Below are positions 6,958-14,599 of a stretch of DNA of 30,152 nt, piece by piece (position 1 is the first letter of the stretch; each line of letters opens with the position of its first letter). Both the position numbers and the translations under genes were made by a program. Source of the stretch: a virus (taxonomy: Duplodnaviria; Caudoviricetes). A model generated the notes under the pieces. It saw nothing but the letters and a program-made list of their open reading frames with translations, had not been told where the DNA came from and did not search any database. The stretch is from the IMG/VR virus record IMGVR_UViG_3300033489_000047, positions 1 to 30,152 of that record. The stretch is one strand, 5' to 3'.

Positions 6958-7309
6958 GCCGGTACTGCCGAAGCCGAAGAAGAAACCGCGCGGCACGCCC
7001 TGGGTAAAAGGCGTCAGCGGCAATCCAGGCGGCAAGGCTGTTGTGCCGCGTGAGGTAATCGACCTCGCCCGGAGCTATACCGTCAAGGCCATCAACAGGC
7101 TGGCATTCTGGATCGACTGCAATAATCCGCGCGCTTCCGTCGCTGCCTGCAATGCCATTCTGGATCGTGGCTGGGGCAAACCCACGCAGGTCATCGCTGG
7201 CGATCACGACAATCCAATCAACGTTTCCGTGAAACTCGATGCCTTCACCGGCCGAATTGCTCGCCTCGCTGCCCGAGCCGCTGAGGATGCAGGAGATCAA
7301 GAAGCTTAG
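6929..7309 (+). CDS. terS: Terminase small subunit
   Basis: PWVKGVSGNPGG motif and ILDRGWGKPTQ, immediately upstream of and overlapping terL. Confidence 0.8.
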   Translation: MAAKKAAAAKPVLPKPKKKPRGTPWVKGVSGNPGGKAVVPREVIDLARSYTVKAINRLAFWIDCNNPRASVAACNAILDRGWGKPTQVIAGDHDNPINVSVKLDAFTGRIARLAARAAEDAGDQEA

Positions 7310-8630
7310 CGAGGCCGAGCGCGACGAGCTGCTGTTTCACTGGCCATTCTGGGCGCGGCCGGAGCAAATGGCGCCGGGCGGTAAATGGTCCACCTGGCTC
7401 GTGCTGGCGGGCCGTGGCTGGGGGAAGACGCGCTGCGCCGCCGAATGGGTGCGGCAAGTGACTTGCGGCCCGATGCCGCTGGCGAATGGCATTTACGGAC
7501 GCCTTGCGATTGTGGCGGAAACGGCGGCCGATTGCCGCGACGTGGTAGTCGAGGGCGAGAGCGGCATCCTGGCCATTCACCCGAAGGCGTTCCGACCGCT
7601 TTACGAGCCATCGAAGCGGCGGTTGACCTGGCCTAATGGTGCCATCGCCACGCTGTACTCCGCTGAAGACCCTGACCAGCTTCGCGGCCCGCAACATGAC
7701 GCGGCTTGGGCCGATGAGGTGGCCAAATGGCGGTATGCTCAAGAGACGTGGGACATGCTGCAATTCGGGCTGCGTCTCGGCGACGATCCCCGGCAGGTGG
7801 TGACCACGACACCGAGGCCGATCAAGCTTCTGAAGGAGCTGATGGCCGACTCGTCAACGGTGGTTACTCGCGGGGTAACGACCGACAACCGATCGAACCT
7901 GCCGAAGAAATTCTTCGACAAAATCATCAGGCGCTATCGCGGCACGCGGCTTGGCCGCCAGGAGCTGAGCGCGGAGATTCTCGACGACGTGCCGGGCGCA
8001 CTCTGGACTCGGCGCGGTCTGGATGAGCGGCGGTTGCCCTTCGGCAGCCGGTTGCCGGACATGCAGCGCGTGGTGGTTGCGGTCGATCCGGCGACAGCCG
8101 ATCCCAACAAACCATCGCCGGAAGAGGGGGCCGAGACCGGCATCATCGGCGCTGGCATGGGTGTGGACGGTCGCGGCTATACGCTGTGCGATTTCTCATG
8201 CCGTCTTGGTCCCATGGGTTGGGCGCGGCGGGCAATCGCCGCCTATGATCTCCTGGAGGCCGATGTGATCGTCGCCGAGTCCAATCAGGGCGGCGCCATG
8301 GTTGAGGCTGTGCTGCGCGCCGAGCGCCCGGCGATACCGGTCATTCTGGTGCACGCCAGCCGAGGCAAGGTGACGCGGGCCGAGCCGATTGCGGCGATCT
8401 ATGAGCAGGGCCGTGTCAGCCATGTAGGAGCGTTCGCGGAACTCGAAGATCAGATGGTGCTGTTCACGCCATCGGGGATCGAGGGCGACACCACCGCCGA
8501 CCGGGTGGATGCGCTGGTGTGGGCGTTCACGGAGTTGTTCCCGTCGATCATCCACCGGCCGAGTGCCGATGACGATGAAGGCGATTATTTTTCACGGGTG
8601 CGTGGCCGTTCGATTGTGACGGGGTACTGA
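7239..8630 (+). CDS. terL: Terminase large subunit (T4 gp17/GTA-like)
   Basis: Walker A LAGRGWGKTR, LRGPQHDAAWADE (Walker B), VVTTTPRP, and nuclease motifs VAVDPA and DRVDALVWA. Confidence 0.96.
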   Translation: MPSPAELLASLPEPLRMQEIKKLSEAERDELLFHWPFWARPEQMAPGGKWSTWLVLAGRGWGKTRCAAEWVRQVTCGPMPLANGIYGRLAIVAETAADCRDVVVEGESGILAIHPKAFRPLYEPSKRRLTWPNGAIATLYSAEDPDQLRGPQHDAAWADEVAKWRYAQETWDMLQFGLRLGDDPRQVVTTTPRPIKLLKELMADSSTVVTRGVTTDNRSNLPKKFFDKIIRRYRGTRLGRQELSAEILDDVPGALWTRRGLDERRLPFGSRLPDMQRVVVAVDPATADPNKPSPEEGAETGIIGAGMGVDGRGYTLCDFSCRLGPMGWARRAIAAYDLLEADVIVAESNQGGAMVEAVLRAERPAIPVILVHASRGKVTRAEPIAAIYEQGRVSHVGAFAELEDQMVLFTPSGIEGDTTADRVDALVWAFTELFPSIIHRPSADDDEGDYFSRVRGRSIVTGY

Positions 8631-8667
8631 TGGGCGGCGGACGCTGCTGCTGAATTATCGATGAGTT

Positions 8668-8922
8668 TTACGCAATCTCAGTTACGCGCGTACCGTTCTC
8701 GCCGCCAAAATAGTAATCTAACAGGTACTCGATCAGCTGATTGAGTGGCGCGCTGCCAGGCAAAAGCGACACCGTCTTCTGGCTGGCGTCTGCATTGATG
8801 ATCAAAAACGACAACCCGCCCAGGCTGCGGATGCGTGCGGAGCCGTTGCGCTGCTTCGAGACGTCAAACTCAAAGCCTGCATCAATGTGGGTGTGCCGGT
8901 TGAATGATTTTGCGGTAGTCAT
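8668..8922 (-). CDS. Small antisense moron protein (84 aa), unknown function
   Basis: ORF 8668..8934; start MTTAK at 8922 preceded by GGAGA. It has its own consensus promoter. Confidence 0.7.
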   Translation of the reverse strand: MTTAKSFNRHTHIDAGFEFDVSKQRNGSARIRSLGGLSFLIINADASQKTVSLLPGSAPLNQLIEYLLDYYFGGENGTRVTEIA

Positions 8923-8956
8923 GTCCATCTCCATCGGTGTGTTTGCTCACCCCCTT

Positions 8957-9050
8957 AATATAGGATGATGTCCTATGCATGTCAACGGTTAAATAGGATA
9001 TCAGCCGATTTTTTGCTGACAAATATAGGATGACAGCGCATAATGTGCCC
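8957..9050. promoter_or_regulatory. Divergent promoters with ATAGGA operator sites
   Basis: Minus strand TTGACA-N17-TATATT (8985-8957). Plus strand CTGACA-N17-CATAAT (9016-9044). Palindrome ATAGGA-N5-TCCTAT (8960-8976) and two more ATAGGAT half-sites (8993, 9025). Confidence 0.75.
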
Positions 9051-9239
9051 ATGGATCACATGAGCGCAGACGAGTTTCGCGCGGCGTTGCGGGTGTTGGG
9101 CATTTCCCAGCGCCAGCTTGCCGCAGACATCAGGACGGACATTACCGCCGTAAATCGGTGGGCGACGGGCCGCGTCCCGGTGCCTGGCGCGGCTGAAGCG
9201 TATCTCAGGCTGAGGAGTGTAATTGCAGGACGACATTGA
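9051..9239 (+). CDS. Small XRE-family HTH regulator (62 aa)
   Basis: EFRAALRVLGISQRQLAADIRTDITAVNRWATGRVPVP; ATG lies 6 nt after the -10 box. Confidence 0.85.
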   Translation: MDHMSADEFRAALRVLGISQRQLAADIRTDITAVNRWATGRVPVPGAAEAYLRLRSVIAGRH

Positions 9240-11328
9240 GCAGCCCGGCGTCGAGTCCGATTTCGGCGGCGCCGAGGAATCCAGCCCAGAACAGGCCGCG
9301 CTCGAAAAACTACACGCATGGGCTGACAGCCCGAACATCGCCGCCGACATCGACCCAGACCAGCTTTCCCAGATCGCCGCCCGCGTTATCGATGAGTGGA
9401 CCATAGACCGTGGTTCGCGCGCCGACTGGGAACAGGAAGCGCGGCTGGCGATGGACGCCGTGCTCCAGAAAACCGAGGCCAAGAATTACCCGTTCGAGGG
9501 CGCCAGCAACGTCAAATATCCGCTGATGACCACGGCGGCGTTGCAGTTCGGCGCGCGAAGCTATCCCGCCATCGTCCAGGGCGACCGCATAGCGCGTGGC
9601 AAGATCATCGGCCGCGACACCAACGGACTGAAGCGAGCGCGTGCCGAGCGCATCAGCCAGCATATGAGCTGGCAACTGCTGAAGATGCCGAGTTGGGAGG
9701 CCGACACCGACACGCTGGTGCATCAGATGCCGGTGCTCGGCGACGGCTTCCGAAAGGTGTACTTCGATTACGAGACCGGCCGTGTCTGCTCCGAAATGAT
9801 TTCGGCGATGCATGTCGTGGTCAACCAGGCCACGAAGTCGCTGAAGACGACACCGCGCATCACTCATGAGTTCGAGCTGTATCCGAACGAGATCGAGACA
9901 CGCATTCGCGGCGAGACATTCCTCGAATTCGAGTATGGCACGGCGACGCCGCAGTCAATAACCACGGGATCGCAACCGCATTCGCCGCAGGATATCGACG
10001 CACCGCATCTTTTCCTTGAGCAGCATCGCTGGGAGGATTTAGACGGCGACGGCTACCGCGAGCCGTGGATTATCACGGTGCACAAGGACAGCGGTAAATG
10101 TTGCCGTGTTGTTCCGAATTTTGATGTGGATCAAATTCGCGTCCGTGACCGTGATGGCAAGATCGTGCGCATCGCCCGCCGCGACTATTTCGTCCACTAT
10201 CCATTCCTGCCGGACCCGAATGGCGGTTTCTACGGCATCGGTTTCGGGCGCCTGCTGCGCACCATCAACGAGGCCGTGAACACCTCGCTCAATCAGATGA
10301 TCGATGCTGGGCACCTGCAAAATGCGGGTGGTGGATTTATCGGCTCGGGCCTGAATCTCAAGGCTAGCGAGATGCGGATCGCGCTCAACGAGTGGCGCAA
10401 CATCGCCGTGCCGGGGCAGAAAATCCGCGACGCCATCGTGCCGCACCAGTTTGCCGGGCCGTCGCCGGTGCTGTTCCAACTCCTCGGCATGCTCATTGAT
10501 GCGGGCAAGCAAATTGCGTCCGTGCAGGACGTGCTGACCGGAGAGAGCCGCGCCCAGACCATGCAGCCAACAACGCTGCTGGCGCTGATCGAGCAGGGCC
10601 TCAAGGTTTTCACGAGCATCGTCAAACGCATGTTCAGGAGTCTCGCTCAGGAATTCGAACTGATTTTCGAGCTGAACAAGCGGCACCCTGACGAAGAAGA
10701 ATATCAGAAGGTAATCGATTGGGAGCCGCCGCAGCAGCTTGTGGCGCAGCTCCAGCAGGCCGCGCAGCAAGCGCAAGCCCAAGGCCAGCAATTGCCGCCG
10801 CCGCCGCCGGAGATCATGGCGCAACTGCAACAACCGACCATGGCTCAGGATTACGAGGACAAGGATTTCGACATCGTGCCGGTGGCCGATCCCACGCAGG
10901 TCACGGACGCGCAGAAGATGGCCAAGGCGCAGCTCATCATGGATACGGCGCTGAAATTCCCGAACGTGAACAAAGAAGAGGCGTTGCGCCGCATCTATGA
11001 GGCCGGGAACATCGAGGATATCGACAAGCTGATTTCTCCGTCGCAGCCCGATCCAATGATGGTCGAAGGCGTCAAAGCCAAGGTCGCGGATACCCTAGCG
11101 TCGGCCAAGCAGAAAGAAGCCCTCGCCGCGAAGGCCCAGGTCGAGACGCAGGACATCGGTCAGCGCGTGGCCCGCGATCATGCGCACATGGTGAGCGGCG
11201 GCGCCGATCAAAACGCCGCCATGGAAGCCGCATTGCAAGACGCACAGGCGCGCAAGGCGGACGAGGAAGCTAACCTGGCGGCACAACAGCAGGCTCAGCA
11301 GCAACCGGAGCAAGAGGTGGCCGCATGA
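9223..11328 (+). CDS. Portal protein
   Basis: 701 aa, first large gene after terL. TTG start with GAGGAG; motifs YPFEGASNVKYPL, GFYGIGFG and NQMIDAG; Q-rich C-terminus. Confidence 0.88.
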   Translation: MQDDIEQPGVESDFGGAEESSPEQAALEKLHAWADSPNIAADIDPDQLSQIAARVIDEWTIDRGSRADWEQEARLAMDAVLQKTEAKNYPFEGASNVKYPLMTTAALQFGARSYPAIVQGDRIARGKIIGRDTNGLKRARAERISQHMSWQLLKMPSWEADTDTLVHQMPVLGDGFRKVYFDYETGRVCSEMISAMHVVVNQATKSLKTTPRITHEFELYPNEIETRIRGETFLEFEYGTATPQSITTGSQPHSPQDIDAPHLFLEQHRWEDLDGDGYREPWIITVHKDSGKCCRVVPNFDVDQIRVRDRDGKIVRIARRDYFVHYPFLPDPNGGFYGIGFGRLLRTINEAVNTSLNQMIDAGHLQNAGGGFIGSGLNLKASEMRIALNEWRNIAVPGQKIRDAIVPHQFAGPSPVLFQLLGMLIDAGKQIASVQDVLTGESRAQTMQPTTLLALIEQGLKVFTSIVKRMFRSLAQEFELIFELNKRHPDEEEYQKVIDWEPPQQLVAQLQQAAQQAQAQGQQLPPPPPEIMAQLQQPTMAQDYEDKDFDIVPVADPTQVTDAQKMAKAQLIMDTALKFPNVNKEEALRRIYEAGNIEDIDKLISPSQPDPMMVEGVKAKVADTLASAKQKEALAAKAQVETQDIGQRVARDHAHMVSGGADQNAAMEAALQDAQARKADEEANLAAQQQAQQQPEQEVAA

Positions 11329-11606
11329 GCGATCCCATCAGCCGCGACCGGCCGCCAACGGCCACCGAGTGGGAAGAGTGGCTGGCACATCCGACGACGG
11401 CATGGTTTCAGAAGGTGTTCCTGCGCGACGAGCACCGCCGGACGCGATCCGAATTTGCGCGCGGCGCCTGGGATCACGGTTGGGATGAGGTCGCGCATGC
11501 CGGGCACAAGATGCGCGCCGATACGCTGGCGTGGGTGGCACTGCTGACGCATGCCGATGTGCAGCAATGTCTCAAGGCCCAAGAAACGAAGGATGACGAA
11601 GGATGA
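11325..11606 (+). CDS. Hypothetical head-module protein
   Basis: ATGA overlap with the portal stop; GAGGT RBS. Confidence 0.75.
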   Translation: MSDPISRDRPPTATEWEEWLAHPTTAWFQKVFLRDEHRRTRSEFARGAWDHGWDEVAHAGHKMRADTLAWVALLTHADVQQCLKAQETKDDEG

Positions 11607-11615
11607 CGAAGGATG
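11586..11615 (+). repeat. 10-bp tandem repeat x3 at a gene junction
   Basis: (ACGAAGGATG)3 spans the stop at 11604-11606 and the groES start at 11613. Confidence 0.9.
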
Positions 11616-11966
11616 AATGATAGCGGCATTATCCCAAGCGAATTTAAGGTGCTGGTGTTGCCGGACGAGGACGAGGTCACGCTGCAAGCGCGGCGTTCGA
11701 ACATCGCCATCCCGTCGGAATATGCAGCCCGCTATCAGGCTGGAAGCGTCACCGGCCACATCATCGATGTCTCACCGGCGGCATTCTCGTACCACGATTG
11801 GCCCGAGGGCACGCGATTGCCGCAGACGGGTGACCGCGTCGTGTTCGCGCGCTACGCGGGAATGAAAATTAAGGGTAAAACCATTACGAACGCCAAGGGC
11901 CACGACGAGCAATTGGAATACCGTCTCATCAATGATAAGGACATTGCTGGTATTCTCGAATATTGA
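11613..11966 (+). CDS. groES: GroES/Cpn10-like co-chaperonin
   Basis: IIPSEFKVLV...TGHIIDVSP...GDRVVFARYAG...EYRLINDKDIAGI follows the Cpn10 pattern. Confidence 0.85.
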   Translation: MNDSGIIPSEFKVLVLPDEDEVTLQARRSNIAIPSEYAARYQAGSVTGHIIDVSPAAFSYHDWPEGTRLPQTGDRVVFARYAGMKIKGKTITNAKGHDEQLEYRLINDKDIAGILEY

Positions 11967-11984
11967 AGGCCTTGGGAGGCGCCA

Positions 11985-12335
11985 ATGTTGCTTGGCTTCG
12001 GTGTGTGGGTTGCTGGCTGGTTTCTCGCCAGTGCGGTTGGTGCGCTGGTGGCATGGAAAATACTGGAGGCGCAGCGGCGGTTGGAGCCGACGGGTGGCAT
12101 ACAGCCGCCCGGCATGAATCTAACCGATTTGACGCCGGAAGATTTAACTACGATCCAGAAATGGATTGCGCGCAATCCCTGGTATAGCGGCGATGTGGCG
12201 CTGCAGTTAGAGGCGCAGAGCATTCATGTGCGCCTCCTGCGCGAGAGGCAAGATTTAACCATGAGGGCCAATTTGACGCGGGTTACGAGCGAGATGGCAC
12301 GACGCCATCCGGACGAGGTGAGACTTCTGCACTGA
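11985..12335 (+). CDS. Membrane-anchored protein with a domain paralogous to the scaffold protein
   Basis: GGAGG RBS; hydrophobic N-terminal ~24 aa; the WIARNPWY...RRHPDE segment aligns to WVQANPWF...RRFPEK in 12517..13362. Confidence 0.8.
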   Translation: MLLGFGVWVAGWFLASAVGALVAWKILEAQRRLEPTGGIQPPGMNLTDLTPEDLTTIQKWIARNPWYSGDVALQLEAQSIHVRLLRERQDLTMRANLTRVTSEMARRHPDEVRLLH

Positions 12336-12373
12336 CGCGCACCGCAAGTTTCGGCGTCCACCCACGCCGGAGA

Positions 12374-12417
12374 CTGCCCACTGACGGACAGGTGTAGCGC
12401 ATCCCGTCAGTGGGCAG
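12374..12417. other. 14-bp perfect stem-loop
   Basis: CTGCCCACTGACGG (12374-12387) and CCGTCAGTGGGCAG (12404-12417). Confidence 0.75.
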
Positions 12418-12439
12418 CCATCACGACCAGAAAGAGGAC

Positions 12440-12462
12440 GCCGCCCAAGGGGCGGTTTTTTT
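12440..12462 (+). terminator. Intrinsic terminator 1
   Basis: GCCGCCC-AAG-GGGCGGT followed by a T run. Confidence 0.8.
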
Positions 12463-12485
12463 GTGCCCAACGAACAAGAGAGAGG

Positions 12486-12509
12486 AGCCGCCTTGATGGG
12501 CGGTTTTTT
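12486..12509 (+). terminator. Intrinsic terminator 2
   Basis: AGCCGCC-TTGATG-GGCGGTT followed by a T run. Confidence 0.75.
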
Positions 12510-12516
12510 ATTGCCG

Positions 12517-13362
12517 ATGGCTGATGACGACGAGGAAGGCGCCGCGGGCGCAGCCCAAGATGATGACACGAGCGACCAGACCGAAGTCGAGACCAAGGCG
12601 CGCTCGCAACGCTGGGTGCCGCTGGAGGAATTCCGAGGCAACCGTGATGATTGGTGCGATGCCGACGAGTGGCTGCGCCGCGGCGATCCGCACTATCTGC
12701 GCAAGGAACTGGCGCGCACCGAAAAGGAAATGCGTGGCGTAAAGCAACGTCTGGACGCCGAGAAACGCGCCTTCGATCTGCGCCTCCAGCGCATGGAAAA
12801 GATGAGCCAGGCACAGCGCGGTAAGCTCTACGCCGACATCGAGGCAGCCAGACGCTCGGCGGTCGAACTCGGCGATACCGCCGAATATGACCGGCTGAAT
12901 CGCGCCGAGGCCGATCTGTATCAGAAAGAGGTAGAGGTAGCCGCCGCCGACGCGCCCAAGCCGAAGAAGGGCGAAAGCGCCGACGAGGTGCATCCCGATG
13001 TCGAACACTGGGTGCAAGCCAACCCCTGGTTCCTGAAGGACAAGACGTTGAACATGGCGGCCCAAGGCATCCATGTGCAGCTTCTTGAGGATGAGCCGGG
13101 GCTGACAGTGACCGACAATCTGGCGAAAACCAAGAAAGAGCTGATGCGGCGATTCCCCGAAAAATTCCGCAGTGCCAGTGCCAACAAAGAGCCATCCGGA
13201 CGCACTGCCGTCGAGAGCGGCGATGGCGGCCGTATGTCGTCGCAACCGCGCGGCAAAGGTTGGACCGACATCCCTGCGGAAGAGCGGCAGATCATCGACC
13301 GTCACATCAAGGAAGGCCTCTACAAAGATAAGGCTGAGGCCGCAGCGACGTATTGGAGTTGA
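12517..13362 (+). CDS. Capsid assembly scaffold protein (start may be 12496)
   Basis: Acidic N-terminus, coiled-coil middle and basic/flexible C-terminus; lies between portal and capsid genes. Confidence 0.7.
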   Translation: MADDDEEGAAGAAQDDDTSDQTEVETKARSQRWVPLEEFRGNRDDWCDADEWLRRGDPHYLRKELARTEKEMRGVKQRLDAEKRAFDLRLQRMEKMSQAQRGKLYADIEAARRSAVELGDTAEYDRLNRAEADLYQKEVEVAAADAPKPKKGESADEVHPDVEHWVQANPWFLKDKTLNMAAQGIHVQLLEDEPGLTVTDNLAKTKKELMRRFPEKFRSASANKEPSGRTAVESGDGGRMSSQPRGKGWTDIPAEERQIIDRHIKEGLYKDKAEAAATYWS

Positions 13363-13364
13363 CC

Positions 13365-13940
13365 ATGAGCGACCAAACCGACCAACCACCGGTGCCGCCG
13401 CTCAGGCGCGGACGGCCGCCGCTAAATCGAGAGATGCCGCAGGCGGGAACAGCCGCCACGGCCAACACCACCATCACCCGCGCGGAGACGGTAAAGGTAG
13501 CCAGGCGGCGCCGCCGTGGCATGGGGCTGGAGATGCATCTGCGCTTTGCCCTGCCCGAGCGTCTGCGGGGCGATAAGGAGTACCGCTATCACTGGCTATG
13601 CGACCGGCCAGGCCGCATTGAGCAGAAAACCCAGTATGACGATTGGGAATTCGTTATGGACGCTGAGGTCGAGGGCGACGAGCGCAACACTGGCGCAGGG
13701 CAGCGCATCGAGCGGCACGCTGGTGTCGATCAGTTCGGCCAGCCGCTGCGGTCCTTCCTAGTGCGCAAGCGCAAGGAATTTGACGACGAGGACAAGGCCG
13801 AGGGGCAGAAAGCGCTCGACGCTCGCATGACAGCGATCCGGCGCGGGAAAACGCCGGATGCGACGACCGGCGAGATGATCCATGCGGATGGCTCTTATGT
13901 GCCACCGGGCGGGATCGTCATCAAAGAAAACAACACTTAG
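13365..13940 (+). CDS. Hypothetical head-module protein
   Basis: GGAG RBS before MSDQ; in operon. Confidence 0.75.
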   Translation: MSDQTDQPPVPPLRRGRPPLNREMPQAGTAATANTTITRAETVKVARRRRRGMGLEMHLRFALPERLRGDKEYRYHWLCDRPGRIEQKTQYDDWEFVMDAEVEGDERNTGAGQRIERHAGVDQFGQPLRSFLVRKRKEFDDEDKAEGQKALDARMTAIRRGKTPDATTGEMIHADGSYVPPGGIVIKENNT

Positions 13941-13987
13941 GCTCGGCGTTTCGCCTGAGCCGTTCCCCTTAACCAGGACTTCACAAC

Positions 13988-14587
13988 ATGGCAAACCCTG
14001 ATACGCCTCGCGGCTTGTGGCCGCGCAGGTATCTCAATGGTGCGGCCTGGAACGGAAAGGCAAATCGCTATTACGTTCCGGCGACCGACACCGACGCCGC
14101 CATTTATCGCGGCGGCCTCGTTAAACCCGCAGGCTCGGCCGACTCGCGCGGCGTCATGAGCGTCACCGGCAACGTCAGCACGGGCAACCCCGTGGTCGGC
14201 GTCGTCGTCGGCATCGAGCCGCTTGGCGGTGTTGGCGGCACTGGCCGCGATGCCACCATTTACCGGGCGAATTCCACCGAGCGCTATGTGCTCGTCGCCG
14301 ACGATCCGAACCTGCTTTTCGTGGTGCAGGACGACGGTGCCGCTGTCCCGACGGCGGGCATCGTCGCCAATGTCGCGGACCTTACCGGGTTCACTTCCGG
14401 ATCGACCGTAACCGGCTTCTCGGCCATCGAGATCAGCATGGCGACGATCAGCGCGGCGGGCGACGCCACCGAGGACATAATGATTTTTGGCCTCGACGAC
14501 ACGCCGGACAACGCCATCGGCATCAACGCCGATTGGCTCGTGCGACTGAACAACCACTTCTTCGTCGACGGCTCGGCCGGGGCATAG
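13988..14587 (+). CDS. Putative capsid decoration/minor capsid protein
   Basis: MANPDTPRGL start, Gly/Ala/Val-rich beta-type sequence, directly upstream of the major capsid gene. Confidence 0.65.
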   Translation: MANPDTPRGLWPRRYLNGAAWNGKANRYYVPATDTDAAIYRGGLVKPAGSADSRGVMSVTGNVSTGNPVVGVVVGIEPLGGVGGTGRDATIYRANSTERYVLVADDPNLLFVVQDDGAAVPTAGIVANVADLTGFTSGSTVTGFSAIEISMATISAAGDATEDIMIFGLDDTPDNAIGINADWLVRLNNHFFVDGSAGA

Positions 14588-14599
14588 GGAGAGAGCAAA

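Noticed and set aside
10720-10840. Gln/Pro-rich stretch in the portal as an intein or insertion element
   Set aside because: Low-complexity linker without splicing motifs.
13941-13965. Small hairpin before the decoration gene as a terminator or ncRNA
   Set aside because: Short bulged stem with no U tract; insufficient evidence.
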